Shown: positions 44,430-47,078 of the stretch, piece by piece
How positions within the stretch are numbered: position 1 is the stretch's first letter
Layout of the letters: each line of letters opens with the position of its first letter
DNA from: a virus
Taxonomy: Duplodnaviria; Caudoviricetes
DNA length: 47,078 nucleotides
Reading direction: 5' to 3' (one strand)
IMG/VR virus record: IMGVR_UViG_3300012971_000026
Span: 1 to 47,078 of that record
Position numbers and translations under genes: made by a program
Notes under the pieces: model-generated
What the model was told of the DNA's origin: nothing
The model's database searches: none
The model's input: only the letters and a program-made list of their open reading frames with translations

Positions 44430-44989
44430 CCCAACTTCCCCCCCGAGAACTCCTCCAGAACCGTCCGAAGCTCGGTTTCGATGATTTCGTGGACGAGGTT
44501 GGTGTCGGTTTCCGCCGCCAGCTGCGCGGCGATCCGCGTCGGCACGTTCAGGATGGCGTCGCGCAGCACGCGGAAGCGGTTGAAGGCGGCCACTTCCACA
44601 TCGCGGCGCGAGATTAGCTTGCCCTGCTTCTCGTCGTGCTCCAGCTTCTTGAGCTTCGCGTCGTAGATTTCCTTAATCGTGCGGGCGTTGGCGAAGCTCA
44701 TGCTCCCGGCCATTTTTTCCGGCTCGGCGAGCGCGGCGGCGGCGGAGTCGGCCTTGTGCCCGGCCCATCCGCCGCCGCCTCCCATCGCGGCCCCCGACGC
44801 TGAGCGGCGATGTTTCGGCCCATACCGCGCGTTGGCGTGGTTGGTGTTCTTTTCCCAATCGCGATCCGCCTTCTCGCTGTCGAGGCGGCCATCCGGCTCG
44901 CGGAAAATCCGCTGCCGCTCCACCGCGAACTGAACAGCCTTCAGATCGCACCCGCGATGGCGGGCGTATTCGCTCAAAGTCATCAACAC
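44426..44989 (-). CDS. terS: Terminase small subunit (Nu1-like)
   Basis: N-terminal wHTH (SEYARHRG...AV), coiled coil, G.LI...V...RDAILNVP.RIA; upstream of terL. Confidence 0.85.
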   Translation of the reverse strand: MLMTLSEYARHRGCDLKAVQFAVERQRIFREPDGRLDSEKADRDWEKNTNHANARYGPKHRRSASGAAMGGGGGWAGHKADSAAAALAEPEKMAGSMSFANARTIKEIYDAKLKKLEHDEKQGKLISRRDVEVAAFNRFRVLRDAILNVPTRIAAQLAAETDTNLVHEIIETELRTVLEEFSGGKLG

Positions 44990-44994
44990 AAAAT

Positions 44995-46308
44995 CTAAGC
45001 GCTCTTGCGCTTCGGCAAGGGTTTAGGGGCGGGCTGCTTCTCGAGTAGCAATCGCTCCCGTTCCACTTGCGAGAAAACGGTGCCGCCCTCAGCGAGGATC
45101 GGCTGCTGCTTGGTATAGGCCGCCCACCGCTTCAGCGCCACGTCGCAATAACCCGGCACGATTTCAATCAGCCGCGCTTTGCGCCCCATGCGCTCGCAGG
45201 CGATCAGGGTGCTTCCGGCCCCGCCGAAGAAGTCCATCACGGTGTCGCCGCGCTTGGTGGAGTTCACCAGCAGCCGCTGCAGCAGTTCCACGGGTTTGGC
45301 CGTGGGGTGCTCGCGGTTGGCAACTGGCTTTGGTTCCATCAGCGCCGTGGATTGGGAGTTGTCGCCGTACCACACGTCCACCTCGTCTATCAGGTGTCCG
45401 TAGAAAATCGCTTCGTGCGCCTGCTTGTAACGGTTGAAGCTGAGCACGAAATGATTCTTGATCCACAGCAGATGGCATCGGATGAACAACCCCGCCTGGC
45501 GAAGGGAAGCTTCAAACATCGACTGATTGGCGAGGGCGTAGAAAACGTAGTACGAGGCGTCGGGCCGCATGTAAGCCCGGTAATTCGCAAAGGCCGGATC
45601 GATGAGCGCGCGGAAGTCGGCCTCGGGCAGCTTGTCGCCTTCGATGGCTTCCCGCTCCAGCGTCGGCCCGCCCCGGTAATCGACGTTGTACGGCGGATCC
45701 GTCAGCACCAGCTGCGCGCGCTCTCCCTTCATGACGCAGGCGACGTCGGGGGCCAGCCGCGCGTCCCCGCACAGCAGGCGGTGGTTGCCGAGCAGCCACA
45801 GATCCCCGGGCCGCGTCACGGCTTCCTCCACCAGCGGCGGCGCTTCGTCTGGATCCGTCTCGCCCTGCATGGCGTCCGCGGAATCATCGAGAATCGCTTC
45901 GAGTTCCTTGTCCGAGAACCCGATCACGTCGATATCGAAGTCGTCATCCTGGAGCGCCGTCAATTCGGCCCGCAAGAGCTCCTCATCCCATCCGGCGTTT
46001 TCGGCCAGCTTGTTGTCGGCGATGATGTACGCGCGGCGCTCGGCTTCCGTAAGGTGATCGAGCGGAATCACGGGCACTTCGCCAAGCCCCAGGTGAACCG
46101 CCGCGCGCAATCGCCCGTGGCCGGCAAGAATCCCGTCGTTCTGATCAACCAGAATCGGCTGCGTGAATCCAAATCGCACGATCGAATGCGCAATCTGGAT
46201 AATTTGATCCTGCGTGTGGGTGCGGCTGTTGCGGTCGTAGGGAATAAGACGCCCCACCGGCCACATCTCGATGCGCGCGGCCATCGCGGGGGCGAGGCGC
46301 TCTGCCAT
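44995..46308 (-). CDS. ParB/Srx-like domain fused to N6/N4 DNA methyltransferase
   Basis: LIPY.RN.RTH...GF..PIL...AGHGR...ADNK (ParB-N); TDPPYNV, HPTAKP and DFFGGAGST (beta-class MTase); ATG 46308. Confidence 0.92.
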   Translation of the reverse strand: MAERLAPAMAARIEMWPVGRLIPYDRNSRTHTQDQIIQIAHSIVRFGFTQPILVDQNDGILAGHGRLRAAVHLGLGEVPVIPLDHLTEAERRAYIIADNKLAENAGWDEELLRAELTALQDDDFDIDVIGFSDKELEAILDDSADAMQGETDPDEAPPLVEEAVTRPGDLWLLGNHRLLCGDARLAPDVACVMKGERAQLVLTDPPYNVDYRGGPTLEREAIEGDKLPEADFRALIDPAFANYRAYMRPDASYYVFYALANQSMFEASLRQAGLFIRCHLLWIKNHFVLSFNRYKQAHEAIFYGHLIDEVDVWYGDNSQSTALMEPKPVANREHPTAKPVELLQRLLVNSTKRGDTVMDFFGGAGSTLIACERMGRKARLIEIVPGYCDVALKRWAAYTKQQPILAEGGTVFSQVERERLLLEKQPAPKPLPKRKSA

Positions 46309-46316
46309 TTGCGCCA

Positions 46317-46346
46317 ATTATCACAGCGATGGATCGCCGCTGTCAA
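46317..46346 (-). promoter_or_regulatory. Late-operon promoter, probably near-leaderless
   Basis: Minus strand TTGACA-N18-GATAAT with TGn extension, ending 8 nt before ATG 46308. Confidence 0.6.
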
Positions 46347-46348
46347 AT

Positions 46349-46364
46349 TGTTCCACGTGAAATA
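46349..46364. promoter_or_regulatory. parS-like site
   Basis: TGTTCCACGTGAAATA, a 15/16 match to the bacterial consensus TGTTNCACGTGAAACA. Confidence 0.65.
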
Positions 46365-46532
46365 TCAGGTGGGAATACATACAGCATCAGCGGTTTGCAT
46401 GGCCACCGCGGCGTCGACGGGCGCTTCGTGGGGGGAGAAAAGAAACGGCCCGCCATGCGCGGCGGGCCAGCGTGGGTAAACTATGTCCGCAGCGATTGTA
46501 CGCCCGCCGCCGCGCGTTTGCAATGCGGGATG

Positions 46533-46577
46533 TGGGAGAAAAGATGTGGGAGAAGTGGGAGAAAAAAGTTGGGAGAA
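46533..46577. repeat. Four direct TGGGAGAA repeats
   Basis: Copies at 46533, 46547, 46556 and 46570. Confidence 0.8.
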
Positions 46578-46669
46578 CATCTACCAGCACGGGCCGCGAC
46601 CGCTTATGCGCGGGCGCGACAAACTGGCCGTCCAAAATGCCGCACTGGCTCGCCCGGTGAGCCATCCGG

Positions 46670-46836
46670 AATCAACCGGAGTTGAATCCGCCGCAACCGT
46701 GGTTGAAACTGCATCGAATTGATGCAGAATTCATCAGAATCGCGCAAACCGCTGAAAATGAAGCGTTTTCAGCGCTATCGGTAGCCCATAGGTGCGGGCG
46801 GCAAGCCCGGCGGCGGCCTAATCGGCTGGAAGTACC
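46670..46836 (-). other. Candidate cos packaging region
   Basis: Minus strand GGTACTTCC (cosQ-like) followed by CGGGC-TTGCC-GCCCG (cosN-like) and several palindromes, upstream of a GpA terminase operon. Confidence 0.5.
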
Positions 46837-46996
46837 TTTTTCTAAAAGAACTTACGCGCTTTTATCCCAAACACGCCCATCGCGGGCTGCGAATCGGGCC
46901 GTTTATCCTGTACACCTGCGGGGGTGGTAATCGCGTGTGGACCGCCCCGTGCTAAGCGCGCGCTGCAGGGGATAAACCTAAGCGCGCGATTGCGGC

Positions 46997-47078
46997 CCGT
47001 GGCGGCGTGGGCCGTGGCGGCGTGGCCGTGGGCCGTGGCGGCGTGGGCCGTGGCCGTGGCGGCGTGGCGGCGTGGCCG
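46997..47078. repeat. GC-rich irregular tandem repeat of CGTGG units, running off the window end
   Basis: CCGTGGCGGCGTGG(G) variants repeated to the last base. Confidence 0.85.

Noticed and set aside
44995-46308. Plasmid-type ParAB partition system encoded by the phage
   Set aside because: Only a ParB N-terminal domain fused to a methyltransferase is present, a common arrangement upstream of terminases; no ParA or HTH domain was seen.
21600-46479. Long plus-strand ORFs such as 23129-24814, 27054-28061, 31325-32284 and 45067-46479
   Set aside because: They are antisense shadows of well-supported minus-strand genes, expected in high-GC DNA, with no recognisable motifs.
46533-47078. CRISPR-like array
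   Set aside because: Repeats are 5-15 bp with no unique 30-40 bp spacers, and no cas genes are present.
1-47078. tRNA genes, alternative genetic code, and host genes flanking a prophage
   Set aside because: No cloverleaf was seen, genes read intact in the standard code, and phage-like content runs to both window ends.

Overview
GC-rich, near-complete temperate siphophage with lambda-type head genes; almost everything is on the minus strand. Reading right to left: a candidate cos region and late promoter (46.3-46.9 kb), a ParB-domain/DNA methyltransferase fusion, small and large terminase, gpW, portal, S49 protease with a nested scaffold, decoration protein, major capsid, neck and tail tube genes, a tail chaperone with a predicted -1 frameshift, tape measure, tail tip proteins and an S74-type tail fibre (17.8-46.3 kb). 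A plus-strand XRE repressor and divergent control region sit at 17.0-17.8 kb. A long leftward early arm carries a YqaJ exonuclease, a RecT-like annealase, a secreted FN3/beta-propeller protein, an NDT-like protein, a large serine recombinase, a VRR-NUC nuclease, a replication initiator and many small Cys-rich ORFs. The host may be Acidobacteriota (inference from recalled protein motifs). The most notable observations are: (1) an intact attP-like inverted repeat inside the 3' end of the serine integrase, so integration would swap the last 16 residues of Int and cut the replication genes off from the early promoter; (2) a stand-alone tyrosine-integrase-type arm-binding domain coupled to the serine integrase; (3) a 15/16 match to the chromosomal parS consensus abutting the late promoter. 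No endolysin, tRNA, CRISPR array or reverse transcriptase was recognised. All calls are by-eye motif recognition; no database searches were run.
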